Below are positions 1 to 9,614 of a stretch of DNA of 55,017 nt, piece after piece. The DNA comes from a virus (lineage: Duplodnaviria; Caudoviricetes), in IMG/VR virus record IMGVR_UViG_3300031741_000002, positions 1 to 55,017 of that record, one strand, 5' to 3'. Made by a program: the position numbers and the translations under genes. The notes below the pieces were generated by a model, which was given only the letters and a program-made list of their open reading frames with translations, was not told the DNA's origin and did not search any database. Each line of letters opens with the position of its first letter. Positions within the stretch are counted from its first letter, which is position 1.

Positions 1-127
1 CGGCTTTGCCATATAAATACAATCTATACCGCACGGGCATTCATCACAGACCAATGTCCCATCACCGAATAAAGTATGACCATTTTTAACCCAACTAGGC
101 ATCGCAATCACCCCATGTATGACAATG
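1..127 (+). repeat. Terminal direct repeat, left copy (probably assembly overlap)
   Basis: Identical to 54891-55017; 127 is a common assembler k-mer size. Confidence 0.95.
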
Positions 128-1114
128 GAACCAGCCACGAATATACTGTTCTATTCGGGTAATTTTACCAGAAGAGAAGTAAACTTTCCCTATTGGAGTT
201 CTCGCAATCAACGGGTCGTGAGCAGGAAGAGCCGTGACTTGTTGAAACGCTGGTGATCCGGTTGCATCTGTTTGAACATATATTATACGAGTGCCGGGTA
301 TGGTTGTTGTATCATCAGCAATAGTTTCTATTACGTCATTTACCCCGAAGTCTCCACCTTTAACAAGAACAGAAGTTTCAGAAGCAAGCATTATATCGAA
401 TGGTTCAGATCCAAAGTTGTTCCAGACCGGTCCAACATGCTCTTGTATAATAGTTATAACACCATCTCCGTCTACATCAATTTTACCTATCAATACCTTT
501 CCACTAAAGTCCGTGCTGGGTGATGCTGGACGATTGATAAATTCAAATTCCTTATCACTTAACCTTAAAAATACGAATACATTCTGGGTAATTGGAATTG
601 AGTCCTGTTTAGTAACTGGTACAAATCTGTTATTCTCAACAACATATCCAGATACACTTAAAGAAGTATTTGCTCCGTCAAGTATTCTCACGGTATTGGT
701 ATCGTCTATCTGTGTTATTTTAAAATATCCATTTCCAAGACCATTTGCAACATTACTGCCGCTAGTTATAGATTCCATATCAATCTCAAGTTTTCTATTC
801 CCCGGTATGTTTGACGGCAGAACGTAATACCTTTTGGAAGCTAAATCTAGGTCTGTGGTTTGCGGAGTAGCATCACGAACCATTTGTTCCTCAATAAAGT
901 TCTTGTTTATGAACGCCCATATAATATTATTCAGCACTCCTTGAGCTTGAGCAGTTTTAAGATACTCAAATATTTCCTGAGTAATCTTATTGTCCTGGAG
1001 TTTTGACAATGCAATATTAGTTTTCTCAAAAGCATTTCTAACATTCTCGTCGATCATTCCCTCAGTGCTCGGAAGTCCACGCTCTTTTTTTGGTGTTGGT
1101 TTTACGGATGGCAT
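95..1114 (-). CDS. Putative tail/virion structural protein
   Basis: 339 aa beta-rich; lies after the nozzle-like gene; its stop overlaps the ATG of the next gene across the origin. Confidence 0.55.
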   Translation of the reverse strand: MPSVKPTPKKERGLPSTEGMIDENVRNAFEKTNIALSKLQDNKITQEIFEYLKTAQAQGVLNNIIWAFINKNFIEEQMVRDATPQTTDLDLASKRYYVLPSNIPGNRKLEIDMESITSGSNVANGLGNGYFKITQIDDTNTVRILDGANTSLSVSGYVVENNRFVPVTKQDSIPITQNVFVFLRLSDKEFEFINRPASPSTDFSGKVLIGKIDVDGDGVITIIQEHVGPVWNNFGSEPFDIMLASETSVLVKGGDFGVNDVIETIADDTTTIPGTRIIYVQTDATGSPAFQQVTALPAHDPLIARTPIGKVYFSSGKITRIEQYIRGWFHCHTWGDCDA

Positions 1115-1116
1115 GC

Positions 1117-1347
1117 TTAATCTCCTGTTTTACCCAATTCATCGCATAGTTCTTCTAGTTTAGTAAAGCTATTTTTAATTTGAATTTCTGCTTTATCTAT
1201 ATCGTCAGCCAAAATTTTGAGAACATTTGTATTTAATGGTTTTTTAGAAAGTTGAGTATTAAGCATCAGACACAACCCATCTCTAGTTTTTGTCATGTAA
1301 TCTATTTTCGCGAATAATATCTTTCCTTTTAATTCACCGACATTCAT
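1117..1347 (-). CDS. Hypothetical protein
   Basis: 76 aa, AGGAG RBS, tight packing. Confidence 0.6.
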   Translation of the reverse strand: MNVGELKGKILFAKIDYMTKTRDGLCLMLNTQLSKKPLNTNVLKILADDIDKAEIQIKNSFTKLEELCDELGKTGD

Positions 1348-1478
1348 AATTATTCTCCTGTTTTAGTTATTATCATACCGTTTAGATATTCTTTTCTCGA
1401 CGACCAGATCGCCGCAATGGTTTATATTAAACCAAAAATCATAGTACCACTCTTTGATTAATTTCCATATATTGCGCA

Positions 1479-3236
1479 TTAGATTTCCTCCCCGGAAGTA
1501 GCAAGAACCATTGAATCCACACGATATGCGCTAGTTATTTTAAACTGCCATTCAAGTTCGTTGCGCAAAATAGGTATTCTCCGCGGATTATTGTCAGTGA
1601 TTGTCATAGTTAAGACACTTGAACCATCGGCAATGAACTCTACCGTTACAGGATAGTCCGCAGCTATCACTTTTATCATGTTAAATGACACTATTTTAGC
1701 CATTACAAACACTTTACTCTGCCATTCTGCCGAGCCACCACCGGAATAAGTCGTAATAAATCCCTCATTTACGTCAACAATGATATAATCACCGCTTCCA
1801 GTAAGAGCAATATACTTATTATTGTACTCCGCAGCAATAAAACCGGATGGAACAAGAGCCAGCCAGTCAGATTGACGGAAAGTTTTTCTCGTTACAATGC
1901 TAAATCCGGCATTACTTACCATGCAAAGTCCATCATCGGAAGCATAAAATACATTTCCATCAATCTTAACGACACTTTGTTGAGCTAAACACGGCTGATT
2001 AAATGCTAATTCTACCGGCAACATATTCGCAGGATCATTTCCAGCAAACATGTGAAGCTTAACATCAGTCATAACAAGCAAAGCATTTCTTCGGGAAGCC
2101 ATAGCAATGATTGTATCAGGAACATTTACCGCGTTTGTATACTGCCAGGTTGACGGCAAGTACGGATCACAGAAATAAATATCTTTTCCGCTATTTACTG
2201 CCATGAATCCACCGGAACACAATGTTAGATTGTCCGGGGTATCAGGAGGATTACCAAATGGAGGCATTATTTCAGCAAGGTCAGCAGTATCAATATCATC
2301 ATCAAATGTTGCTGCGCCAGCCAAAGCATCACCAACAAAGTAAAATCCTGCCGCTTCTTCAACTCCTGCAGACCGATAAATTCTAACTGTAACCATACCT
2401 GTCGCCGTTGGTAGTGTAGTAAGCTGGATTATTTCACCAGGATACCGCGTGATTATTGCAGATAATTCAGATGGTGGCCCCTCTGCTCCGGTTGCATCAA
2501 CAAATCTATAAACATAGTAATTATCTTTAATCGAGTCGATATACTTGTTTGTGATTACAAATTGTATGTCATATCCATCTCTTGTGAATGGAAGTCCACC
2601 CGGATTATCCACAGGGAAAGTATCGACTATTGTATAATCCTCGATGAAATACCGCGATACAATCTCATTCTTATCACTTCGTATCTCAATGTTTGTTCCA
2701 TCACTAGGGCTTGTGCTAAATGAATCAGGCAGGGATTGTTCTTCGTTAATTTGTAATTGGTAGTAAGGATTCTGATAATATATCTTTGATGTTGCACTTG
2801 CTTCACCTGGATAGCGGAAAACTATCAACTGTGTATCTGCGGTGTCGCCATCGTCGAGGCTTATAAACTCCATTTCAGATTCATCACCAAGCGCAGCAAG
2901 GATTAATCCAACAACATCCTCAGTTATAATATTGTCAAATACGCTTACAGACGAGCCGACCGGAGCAGCAGGAATAGGAAAAACAGCGGTTCCGGTACTT
3001 ACAGTAAGTGGACCAGCTCCATCAGTCGAGTATGATCTATCGAATTGATCGTCAACAATAGGTCCTTGAACGGTAAATACTCCGAGATTATCAACTGGAA
3101 GAGTAACATCGCTAAGGGGCAATATCTTTCCACCGAGTAATTCAACATTCTTTGCTATTGTTGCTGCATCATCAGGAAGCATCTTGTCTGCATAACGTGG
3201 CATTATACCTTTGAACTGTGTAAATTCTATTTTCAT
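1479..3236 (-). CDS. Tail nozzle / tail tubular protein B-like (stabilisation protein)
   Basis: N-term MKIEFTQFKGIMPR, YVYRFVD..GAEGPPS, RIYRS, YASDDGLC and WQSKVF motifs typical of podoviral nozzle proteins; start moved to the ATG at 3236 with AGGAG RBS. Confidence 0.7.
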   Translation of the reverse strand: MKIEFTQFKGIMPRYADKMLPDDAATIAKNVELLGGKILPLSDVTLPVDNLGVFTVQGPIVDDQFDRSYSTDGAGPLTVSTGTAVFPIPAAPVGSSVSVFDNIITEDVVGLILAALGDESEMEFISLDDGDTADTQLIVFRYPGEASATSKIYYQNPYYQLQINEEQSLPDSFSTSPSDGTNIEIRSDKNEIVSRYFIEDYTIVDTFPVDNPGGLPFTRDGYDIQFVITNKYIDSIKDNYYVYRFVDATGAEGPPSELSAIITRYPGEIIQLTTLPTATGMVTVRIYRSAGVEEAAGFYFVGDALAGAATFDDDIDTADLAEIMPPFGNPPDTPDNLTLCSGGFMAVNSGKDIYFCDPYLPSTWQYTNAVNVPDTIIAMASRRNALLVMTDVKLHMFAGNDPANMLPVELAFNQPCLAQQSVVKIDGNVFYASDDGLCMVSNAGFSIVTRKTFRQSDWLALVPSGFIAAEYNNKYIALTGSGDYIIVDVNEGFITTYSGGGSAEWQSKVFVMAKIVSFNMIKVIAADYPVTVEFIADGSSVLTMTITDNNPRRIPILRNELEWQFKITSAYRVDSMVLATSGEEI

Positions 3237-3238
3237 GG

Positions 3239-3370
3239 CTACTTCTCCTTGCATTTTGGGTTCAAACATGTCCATCTTAATCGACCGTTCTTGTCTATAT
3301 TTGAAATCATATCGCCTTTGCATCTGTGGCATTTAGCGGTATGGGTCATTTGCCTGCTGTAAATTTCCAT
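3239..3370 (-). CDS. Small zinc-ribbon protein (43 aa, not in ORF track)
   Basis: AAGGAG RBS; MEIYSRQMTHTAKCHRCKGD...WTCLNPKCKEK. Confidence 0.55.
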   Translation of the reverse strand: MEIYSRQMTHTAKCHRCKGDMISNIDKNGRLRWTCLNPKCKEK

Positions 3371-3448
3371 GATAACTCCTTTGCTCTATATTACCGCCAT
3401 TATGGCTATAAACCCGTATTTTACGAGCCTTTTTGCTGTATATTAATA

Positions 3449-4954
3449 TTAAACATAGCCTTTCCACCCTACTTGTTCCTTGAATGTTACGTTTGTTTTA
3501 GCTCCAACTGAATTTTTTATAGTTTCGATCATATCTCCATCTGCTCCGAGTCCGAAGTATTGACAAGCATCCATTATATGTGAGAACTTATCCTTTTTTG
3601 GCATATCTTTAAAGCGTTCTTCTCCGACTACTGCTATTCTTTCAAACTGATAACCACCGAGAAATCCTTTTCTAATCATAACACATGATGGGTCAACTAT
3701 CAAGCCGGGAAGATCATTTGCTATTCTTTTAGTCATAAAGTCAATCATTACTTGACGGCGATCATAAAAGCTATTAGTTGAGGCAGGAACAGTTTTAATT
3801 CCTATCTTACATAATTCATTGATACATGTTTTAGAATCTACTTGAGACCGTTGTTCGCCAGCAGGGTCACCGATGGATATAATTGGCATTCCATTAAATT
3901 CCGCGAGTATGGCAGGTTTTACAATATTTGTCGCGAATCCTTTTACATCCATATCAAAGGCTATTATTTCTCTAAGTATGCGCATTTGTCCTTTATCAAG
4001 CTGCCCGATAACACAAGCCGGGGTTAACCCGAAATCCCACCCTAAGAATATAGGCAATCCTCGTCTTATCTCCAACGGAACCGGCGAGGAATGTACAGAA
4101 TCGATATAAATGTCCTTAAATACAGGTTTTCCAGTAAATACCGCGCCATATTCTCCCAATACATGAACTTTTATCCATTCGGGATCTACTCCGTTAATCA
4201 TTTCAGTCCAGTATTTATAACCTTTTGGTTGATGTTGAACGTTTTCAGCAAGTGGATTAGGCGAATACCAACCATTTTTCATGATTAAAGCTCCTGGTTG
4301 ACGGAAGAACGACCAGCCCAAAGGCTTCTCTTCTTCTGCCATTCTAAACCACCAATGATCGTTATCGGGTGGATTTGTATCCATAATCAGACCAGAATAG
4401 TACAAAGGTATATCTTTTTGCGCACAATCGGATATATATTTATCAGAGAAATGTTTCTTGGGTGGAAAGCGGCCTGTCCTGGAATAAGCATCAACAACAA
4501 TACTCTTGCTCAATTCCTTTGCTTCATTAATCCAAATACCTGTGAGTTCTAATGACAATAATTTCTTGGCATCATCAGGCCGGTCAATAGCAATGAACCA
4601 TATATCAAACTCAATACTCGTTCCGTCTGGCAAATCCTTTTGGTATAATCCGCGAATAGGTGAATCATAAACTATTTTGCAATCTTCATCTGGAACCCAT
4701 TCCTGCCAAGTTTTAATAGTCGTAGTCTTAAGTTCTCCATAGGTATTACGAACCGCAGCCCAACGTGAACGCCGAACTTTATCTTTTCCCGGTGGCATAT
4801 TTATTGCTTTCATTAATATTTCAGCTACACAACCAACAGACTTACCCGAACCGATAGGACCCATGATCCCTCGGAAGCTTGAATCGCTGTTATGAAACCT
4901 CGATATTGTGTCCGAGGCTTCGTATGTGATTATGTTGTGTTTTTCTGAAACCAT
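3449..4954 (-). CDS. terL: Terminase large subunit
   Basis: Walker A MGPIGSGKS, Walker B GIWINEA, MDTNPP, nuclease GWDFG and SHIMDA motifs. Confidence 0.95.
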   Translation of the reverse strand: MVSEKHNIITYEASDTISRFHNSDSSFRGIMGPIGSGKSVGCVAEILMKAINMPPGKDKVRRSRWAAVRNTYGELKTTTIKTWQEWVPDEDCKIVYDSPIRGLYQKDLPDGTSIEFDIWFIAIDRPDDAKKLLSLELTGIWINEAKELSKSIVVDAYSRTGRFPPKKHFSDKYISDCAQKDIPLYYSGLIMDTNPPDNDHWWFRMAEEEKPLGWSFFRQPGALIMKNGWYSPNPLAENVQHQPKGYKYWTEMINGVDPEWIKVHVLGEYGAVFTGKPVFKDIYIDSVHSSPVPLEIRRGLPIFLGWDFGLTPACVIGQLDKGQMRILREIIAFDMDVKGFATNIVKPAILAEFNGMPIISIGDPAGEQRSQVDSKTCINELCKIGIKTVPASTNSFYDRRQVMIDFMTKRIANDLPGLIVDPSCVMIRKGFLGGYQFERIAVVGEERFKDMPKKDKFSHIMDACQYFGLGADGDMIETIKNSVGAKTNVTFKEQVGWKGYV

Positions 4955-5077
4955 TTAATACTGCTCCTGAAAAGCCTTTTCTGCTTTTGTTAGACATTTA
5001 TCACATAGCGTATAAATTGATTTAAATTTTTTTCCACAATCATCACATTTTCTTACAACTGGCTCTCTTTTATTCAT
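4955..5077 (-). CDS. Small zinc-finger protein (40 aa, not in ORF track)
   Basis: MNKREPVVRKCDDCGKKFKSIYTLCDKC...; fills the terS-terL gap exactly. Confidence 0.55.
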   Translation of the reverse strand: MNKREPVVRKCDDCGKKFKSIYTLCDKCLTKAEKAFQEQY

Positions 5078-5078
5078 A

Positions 5079-5768
5079 CTACTCTTCCTCCTTAGGTTTG
5101 ATTATAAAATTGTAAGTTGTAGGAACTGTGCCCTTGACATCTATTTCTGATTTATCTTTCCATCCTTGATTCTTAAGTGCAAATATTGCGCCAGTCGGAG
5201 CTTTCCCTTGCAAGATTTGTTCGTAATGTTTCTCCATATAAAGCATTGCTCTTTTTACTATGTAAGAAAAACGGTTATCTTTGTTCTTATAATCATACAT
5301 ACTTTGCCTTGATTCAAAACCAAGAAAATATGCTAGTCCGCAGATAGTAGGAATCTTCTTTTTGTATAAAACTCCATCGGTAGTATAACAGGTTTGTTTG
5401 TCAGGACAATCATCAATATATAAATCTATCATTATTACTAAATCATCTGGACTTGTAAATATTGGTGGTCTACCATTCCCCACACTAAATATATTGTTTT
5501 CCACAAATTGTCCTTGCTCATTTCTTCCACACTCTGCAATAACTTCATCTTTATCATCATTTCCCTTGGTACAATCACCTTGCCCCTTTGCTTTCGCACC
5601 CTCTACGCCCTGTTTAAGAGCATCGTTTTTTGTAGTTTCCGCCTTTTTAGCCTTATTCTTAGCTATTTTGGTATTCTCTGCCCTTATTGAAGTTTCTCTA
5701 AGTTTCTTATTCTTCTCCGATTGCGCTGGCGTTTGGTTCATCGCTGATTCTATAATTGGTTTATCCAT
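5079..5768 (-). CDS. terS: Terminase small subunit (DNA-packaging gp3-like)
   Basis: GRPPIF, PTICGLAYFLGF, GAIFALKN.GWKD motifs; upstream of terL. Confidence 0.88.
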   Translation of the reverse strand: MDKPIIESAMNQTPAQSEKNKKLRETSIRAENTKIAKNKAKKAETTKNDALKQGVEGAKAKGQGDCTKGNDDKDEVIAECGRNEQGQFVENNIFSVGNGRPPIFTSPDDLVIMIDLYIDDCPDKQTCYTTDGVLYKKKIPTICGLAYFLGFESRQSMYDYKNKDNRFSYIVKRAMLYMEKHYEQILQGKAPTGAIFALKNQGWKDKSEIDVKGTVPTTYNFIIKPKEEE

Positions 5769-5823
5769 GGTATTTACCTCGCTGTTTGCTATTATTTACT
5801 GCCGTGTATAAAAAAAATCAACC

Positions 5824-6156
5824 TTAAAGCTCATTGTTTAGGCTTAAAGGCTGTTTAATAGGTATTTTCGTGTGTTTCTTATTCCATCGATCAATAAGAG
5901 CTTGTTCATAAAACTTTAACTCTTCTGGAAGTATTGGCGTTCGCATTTTATATAATACTTTTTTCGCTCCATCCCCATATTTCTTAACTGCATATCGTAT
6001 AAGTCTTTTCCGGTTCATCGCTTCATCATGCCTTGCTGCTTCAAAATCATAGTCTGCTACATACGTTACTAAGGCAAGTTCTCTTATTTCTATGAATGAT
6101 AAACTTGTTTGCCGTCTCATTTCTTTCAGTTTGGAATCTAATTTGGGTATCGGCAT
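5824..6156 (-). CDS. Hypothetical protein
   Basis: 110 aa, AGGAG RBS. Confidence 0.6.
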   Translation of the reverse strand: MPIPKLDSKLKEMRRQTSLSFIEIRELALVTYVADYDFEAARHDEAMNRKRLIRYAVKKYGDGAKKVLYKMRTPILPEELKFYEQALIDRWNKKHTKIPIKQPLSLNNEL

Positions 6157-6179
6157 ATATTTACTCCTATATACAAAAA

Positions 6180-6227
6180 GTGTTATCTCGTTTTAATGAG
6201 TATAACACCGTTTATGGTAAAAGTAAA
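6180..6227 (-). promoter_or_regulatory. Putative sigma70 promoter with overlapping inverted repeat
   Basis: Minus strand TTTACT-17-TATACT with extended TG; inverted repeat GTGTTATCTC / GAGTATAACAC at 6180-6208. Confidence 0.5.
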
Positions 6228-6257
6228 GTTTTTTAGTTGATTTTCTTTGATTATGGG

Positions 6258-6344
6258 TTATTGGAAGAGGTCTGGATGTTTCATTATTGAGGCAGGCTCC
6301 TGATATTCAAATGGTATATTCCAAAAGTCCAACTCCTTTCCCAT
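6258..6344 (-). CDS. Small protein (28 aa, not in ORF track)
   Basis: AGGAG RBS; MGKELDFWNIPFEYQEPASIMKHPDLFQ. Confidence 0.4.
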   Translation of the reverse strand: MGKELDFWNIPFEYQEPASIMKHPDLFQ

Positions 6345-6389
6345 CCCACCATCTCCTATTTAAATACGTTAATTATTGGTTGCTTTACT

Positions 6390-6707
6390 TTAAAATATTA
6401 TATTCTTTGCCATTATGTGTTGTTTGGGATGAAGCTTTCTTCTGCTCTTTAAAATTTTATCAGCCTCTTTTTGTTCGCACTCGAAGCATATATTGCCATT
6501 GAACTTATATGATTCTTTTGTTTCTCCACATTTCATACACTTTTTATCTTTAATGTTAAATTTTTTTTTATCCCTAGATAATAGCCATCTGCAGTTTTTG
6601 CATGTTACCATTTGCGAGCAATGCGTTGACTCTAAACATGTTGAATTATATGTTTTGTTGCATAGAATTTCACCATTATAATAATGTATCACTTTCCCAT
6701 TCATCAC
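6390..6707 (-). CDS. Cys-rich zinc-finger protein
   Basis: VTCKNC, CMKC and CFEC motifs. Confidence 0.6.
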   Translation of the reverse strand: MMNGKVIHYYNGEILCNKTYNSTCLESTHCSQMVTCKNCRWLLSRDKKKFNIKDKKCMKCGETKESYKFNGNICFECEQKEADKILKSRRKLHPKQHIMAKNIIF

Positions 6708-6810
6708 TTCACCCTCTCTTTAAGTATTATTACCGGTTTAGTATCCTTGTACCGCTTCCACTTCATGACTTGCTTTGAATAGAAGAGGCTTTGTATTAGC
6801 CTTAGTAGTT

Positions 6811-7917
6811 TTAGCATGGGGTGTCCTGGGGTAAGTTGCAAATCCATTGTTCATATATCCTATGTGCTACTTGTGCCATCATAATTGGAGGTACTGACAT
6901 GCCACAAAGGTATTTGTAATCAATCGAAATAAAGTTATAATCATTAGGAAATGTTTGGGCTAGTATAATTTCTTCATTGTTTAAATATCTTCCTGGCTCA
7001 ATACATGATCCATCGGCTGAATTGCTGGTTATTGAATAGCATGGTTTGTTATCTGATTGATACATTTGAGAAAAATATCCACGTTTACCATCTATTCTCT
7101 CTTTTGTTTCACCCATACATGTTTCGGCTTTATCTCGTAATTTAAAATATTTTAATAAACCTTTGCATAAAGGTCTGTCTATACCGGTGGTTTTTATTTC
7201 ATTAAATACTATTTCAGGTTCATTAATTTTTAAATCAATGTATGGTATCTCATTAAACATATCTTCATATTCAAGGCTATCTGCTAAGTCGTTCCTGATG
7301 GCTATAAAGAATACACGTTCACGTTTTTGTGGTACTCCCATAGTTGAAGCATTGAGTAAATTAAAACAAGGTTTATATCCGGCATTAACAAACGCATCAT
7401 GTATTTTATATAGATATTCTTTGGCTGATCCCTGCATTAACCCTTTTACGTTTTCTGCGACTACAATTTTAGGTTGAAGTTCTGCCGCTAAGTCTATGAA
7501 GTCAAAAAATAATGTATCTAAAACTTGGTTTGATTGTCCCTCTCGGAACTTTTTATCTTTTCCCCAATCTTTTTCACGATTACCAACCATTGAAAAACTT
7601 GAACATGGTGGGGATCCATCTAATATATCTAGGTCATATAATTCAGGTGGTAAATCTTTGCGTTGTTTGAAGTCTTGGATAGGTTCAACGTATTTAAGTT
7701 TTGGATCGTGATTAACATCATAACATTCTGCCATGCGTTTATCTATTTCATTGTAACCCAATACATCATATCCAGCTAACTTATATCCCATAGTAGAGCC
7801 ACCACCACACGCAAAGCAACTGAAGACTTTACTACCGTGATATTCTATACCTGGCGCCGGATAGCCGTCAGATAATTTCCATTCATAGCTGAATTTGTGA
7901 TCTTTCATTCTGTCCAT
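6811..7917 (-). CDS. DNA (cytosine-5)-methyltransferase
   Basis: Motif I FACGGG, motif IV GSPPCSSFS, motif VI AENV, motif VIII PQKRERVF, motifs IX/X (AQTFP, GMSVPP). Confidence 0.93.
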   Translation of the reverse strand: MDRMKDHKFSYEWKLSDGYPAPGIEYHGSKVFSCFACGGGSTMGYKLAGYDVLGYNEIDKRMAECYDVNHDPKLKYVEPIQDFKQRKDLPPELYDLDILDGSPPCSSFSMVGNREKDWGKDKKFREGQSNQVLDTLFFDFIDLAAELQPKIVVAENVKGLMQGSAKEYLYKIHDAFVNAGYKPCFNLLNASTMGVPQKRERVFFIAIRNDLADSLEYEDMFNEIPYIDLKINEPEIVFNEIKTTGIDRPLCKGLLKYFKLRDKAETCMGETKERIDGKRGYFSQMYQSDNKPCYSITSNSADGSCIEPGRYLNNEEIILAQTFPNDYNFISIDYKYLCGMSVPPIMMAQVAHRIYEQWICNLPQDTPC

Positions 7918-8009
7918 TCTCCGCTTTTTATAGTTTTGTTATTCTTATATTGATTGTGTCCGCAGGAATGAAGTCGAGTGTGGTCTGCTTTTAGCATGGT
8001 GAAGTTCCT

Positions 8010-8777
8010 TTAATTTAATATTCCATGTGCGAATTTAACCACTCCTGGAACTTGTCCGTCTCCAATGGCTTTTGCCCTGTGAATCCTATCGGGTACATCA
8101 TTATTTTTTCTAATAATATCGGACTCATGTAATGCCCGAGATACTGTTGATTTTCTTCCCCTAATACTGCACAAAGCATCTTCCCATGTTTGCCGCTGCG
8201 CTCTGATGGTGCTAGCAATCTCAATGGCTTGTGGTCTTGGCTTTTTGTTGGAGTTGGCAATAATAAACAATCTACACCTTTTATGATTTGCCCCGGCGAT
8301 GGTAGCTGGAATAACTCCCCATTTAGCATCATACCCCATTGAGGTAAGTTCTTTGAGTATTCGCTTAAGTCCTTTATTAATGAGATTTGGTGAATTTTCA
8401 ATAAGCACTCTTGTTGGTCTGATTTCTCTAATAACTCTAATTCCCTCTTCGTATAGTCCGCTTCTTTTCCCGTCCAATCCTTTTCCGTCTGGATTTGCCG
8501 CGGATATATCTTGGCAAGGGAATCCCATTGATACCATGAGTTGCATTTTGATTCGTCGCATGATTTCAAAATAGCTTCGACACTCTGGATTATCAACTCT
8601 AAATGTTGTAACATCGTCCCAGATAGGGCATCTTGGGAATATTCCATCTCGCTGTCTGGATAGCAACATCTTTTTTCTGGAACTTTCGTATTCGACAAAC
8701 CCGACAGGAACATATCCTGAGAGCATGCTTCCCAAGACTCCTCCCCCGCAACCTGTAAATAGTGCCAACTCATACAT
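8010..8777 (-). CDS. DNA (cytosine-5)-methyltransferase, alpha polypeptide (no in-frame motif IX)
   Basis: LFTGCGG, GFPCQDIS, IENS, HKRCRLF, motif X RAKAIGDGQVP. Confidence 0.88.
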   Translation of the reverse strand: MYELALFTGCGGGVLGSMLSGYVPVGFVEYESSRKKMLLSRQRDGIFPRCPIWDDVTTFRVDNPECRSYFEIMRRIKMQLMVSMGFPCQDISAANPDGKGLDGKRSGLYEEGIRVIREIRPTRVLIENSPNLINKGLKRILKELTSMGYDAKWGVIPATIAGANHKRCRLFIIANSNKKPRPQAIEIASTIRAQRQTWEDALCSIRGRKSTVSRALHESDIIRKNNDVPDRIHRAKAIGDGQVPGVVKFAHGILN

Positions 8778-8782
8778 TTCAA
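8015..8782 (-). CDS. Overlapping alternate-frame ORF, putative MTase beta polypeptide (TRD plus motif IX); true start uncertain
   Basis: 255 open codons; LLPTP and MSPILLEKIMMYPIGFT (motif IX-like); M.EcoHK31I precedent. Confidence 0.65.
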   Translation of the reverse strand: MKCMSWHYLQVAGEESWEACSQDMFLSGLSNTKVPEKRCCYPDSEMEYSQDALSGTMLQHLELIIQSVEAILKSCDESKCNSWYQWDSLAKIYPRQIQTEKDWTGKEADYTKRELELLEKSDQQECLLKIHQISLIKDLSEYSKNLPQWGMMLNGELFQLPSPGQIIKGVDCLLLPTPTKSQDHKPLRLLAPSERSGKHGKMLCAVLGEENQQYLGHYMSPILLEKIMMYPIGFTGQKPLETDKFQEWLNSHMEY

Positions 8783-8868
8783 CCCCTCTTACTATTGATT
8801 ATCAACATTAGCCCGAATAGCCATATCCCTATTACTGCGTATGTTAGTCCTATTGTGAAAGTAATCAT
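8779..8868 (-). CDS. Small membrane peptide (29 aa, not in ORF track)
   Basis: MITFTIGLTYAVIGIWLFGLMLIINSKRG; ATGA overlap with the upstream gene. Confidence 0.5.
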   Translation of the reverse strand: MITFTIGLTYAVIGIWLFGLMLIINSKRG

Positions 8869-9308
8869 TTTTTCACCTTGCTTTTGGGTTTACCAATTAT
8901 TTGTTTCAACTCCACAACCAGCGCATCCATTTCAACCTTACACTTTGCCGCGATTGCCAAATATTTAGCCTTAAGGTATACTTTGCGTTCTTTCTTGGTG
9001 TAGTAGACTATTTTGATATGCTTCCGTTTATAATTTTTGGGAAGCTTTGACATTGGTTGAGCGTTTTGCTTAAAATCTCCGCCACCCCTGTATACCCACC
9101 CTTTACGGTTATCCTTGCTTCGTAATGATCCGAATGACATAGGATTGATTGCACGTTGCTTGTAATCCTTGATTTTGTTATCCAGGAGCTTAATGTCGCG
9201 CTCCATGTCCGTAATAATAAGCTGTTTCGCAAATGGAATCATTTTCTTCTTGGCGGATACATTACTGCATAATAGAACTACGATTAATACTGATAGTAGA
9301 GTTTTCAT
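8865..9308 (-). CDS. Basic hypothetical protein with signal peptide
   Basis: MKTLLSVLIVVLLCSNVSA leader; AAGGAG RBS. Confidence 0.65.
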   Translation of the reverse strand: MKTLLSVLIVVLLCSNVSAKKKMIPFAKQLIITDMERDIKLLDNKIKDYKQRAINPMSFGSLRSKDNRKGWVYRGGGDFKQNAQPMSKLPKNYKRKHIKIVYYTKKERKVYLKAKYLAIAAKCKVEMDALVVELKQIIGKPKSKVKK

Positions 9309-9310
9309 GG

Positions 9311-9613
9311 TTACTCCTTTGGTTTAATGTTTCTTGTCTCTAGGATTTTGCCGAGTGATATTGTATAATAAATTACCCTTGGTTCAGCTCCCCATTTTAT
9401 AATCCCACATGTTGTAAAAATATCTTTTGCTTCAATATCAAAACTAGGCTTATCTTTGCCATATCCATTAGTAAATCTTACAATATCGAACTTTTTATCG
9501 AACAGTCTATTTCTCCAGTACAGTTTTCTTTCCCTGTACTCCTCTGTCTTTTCTCCAGACAGTATCATGTCAAACCATTTCTTTTTTAATGTCAAGTGTA
9601 ATATTTTTTTCAT
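9311..9613 (-). CDS. ASCH/PUA domain protein
   Basis: LHLTLKKKWFDMILSGEKTEEYRE...FTNGY signature; start set at MKKIL. Confidence 0.85.
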   Translation of the reverse strand: MKKILHLTLKKKWFDMILSGEKTEEYRERKLYWRNRLFDKKFDIVRFTNGYGKDKPSFDIEAKDIFTTCGIIKWGAEPRVIYYTISLGKILETRNIKPKE

Positions 9614-9614
9614 A

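Noticed and set aside
1363-1478. Open frame after the nozzle stop (CAIWKLIKEWYYDFWF...)
   Set aside because: No in-frame start or RBS; could be a frameshifted remnant or readthrough, but unsupported
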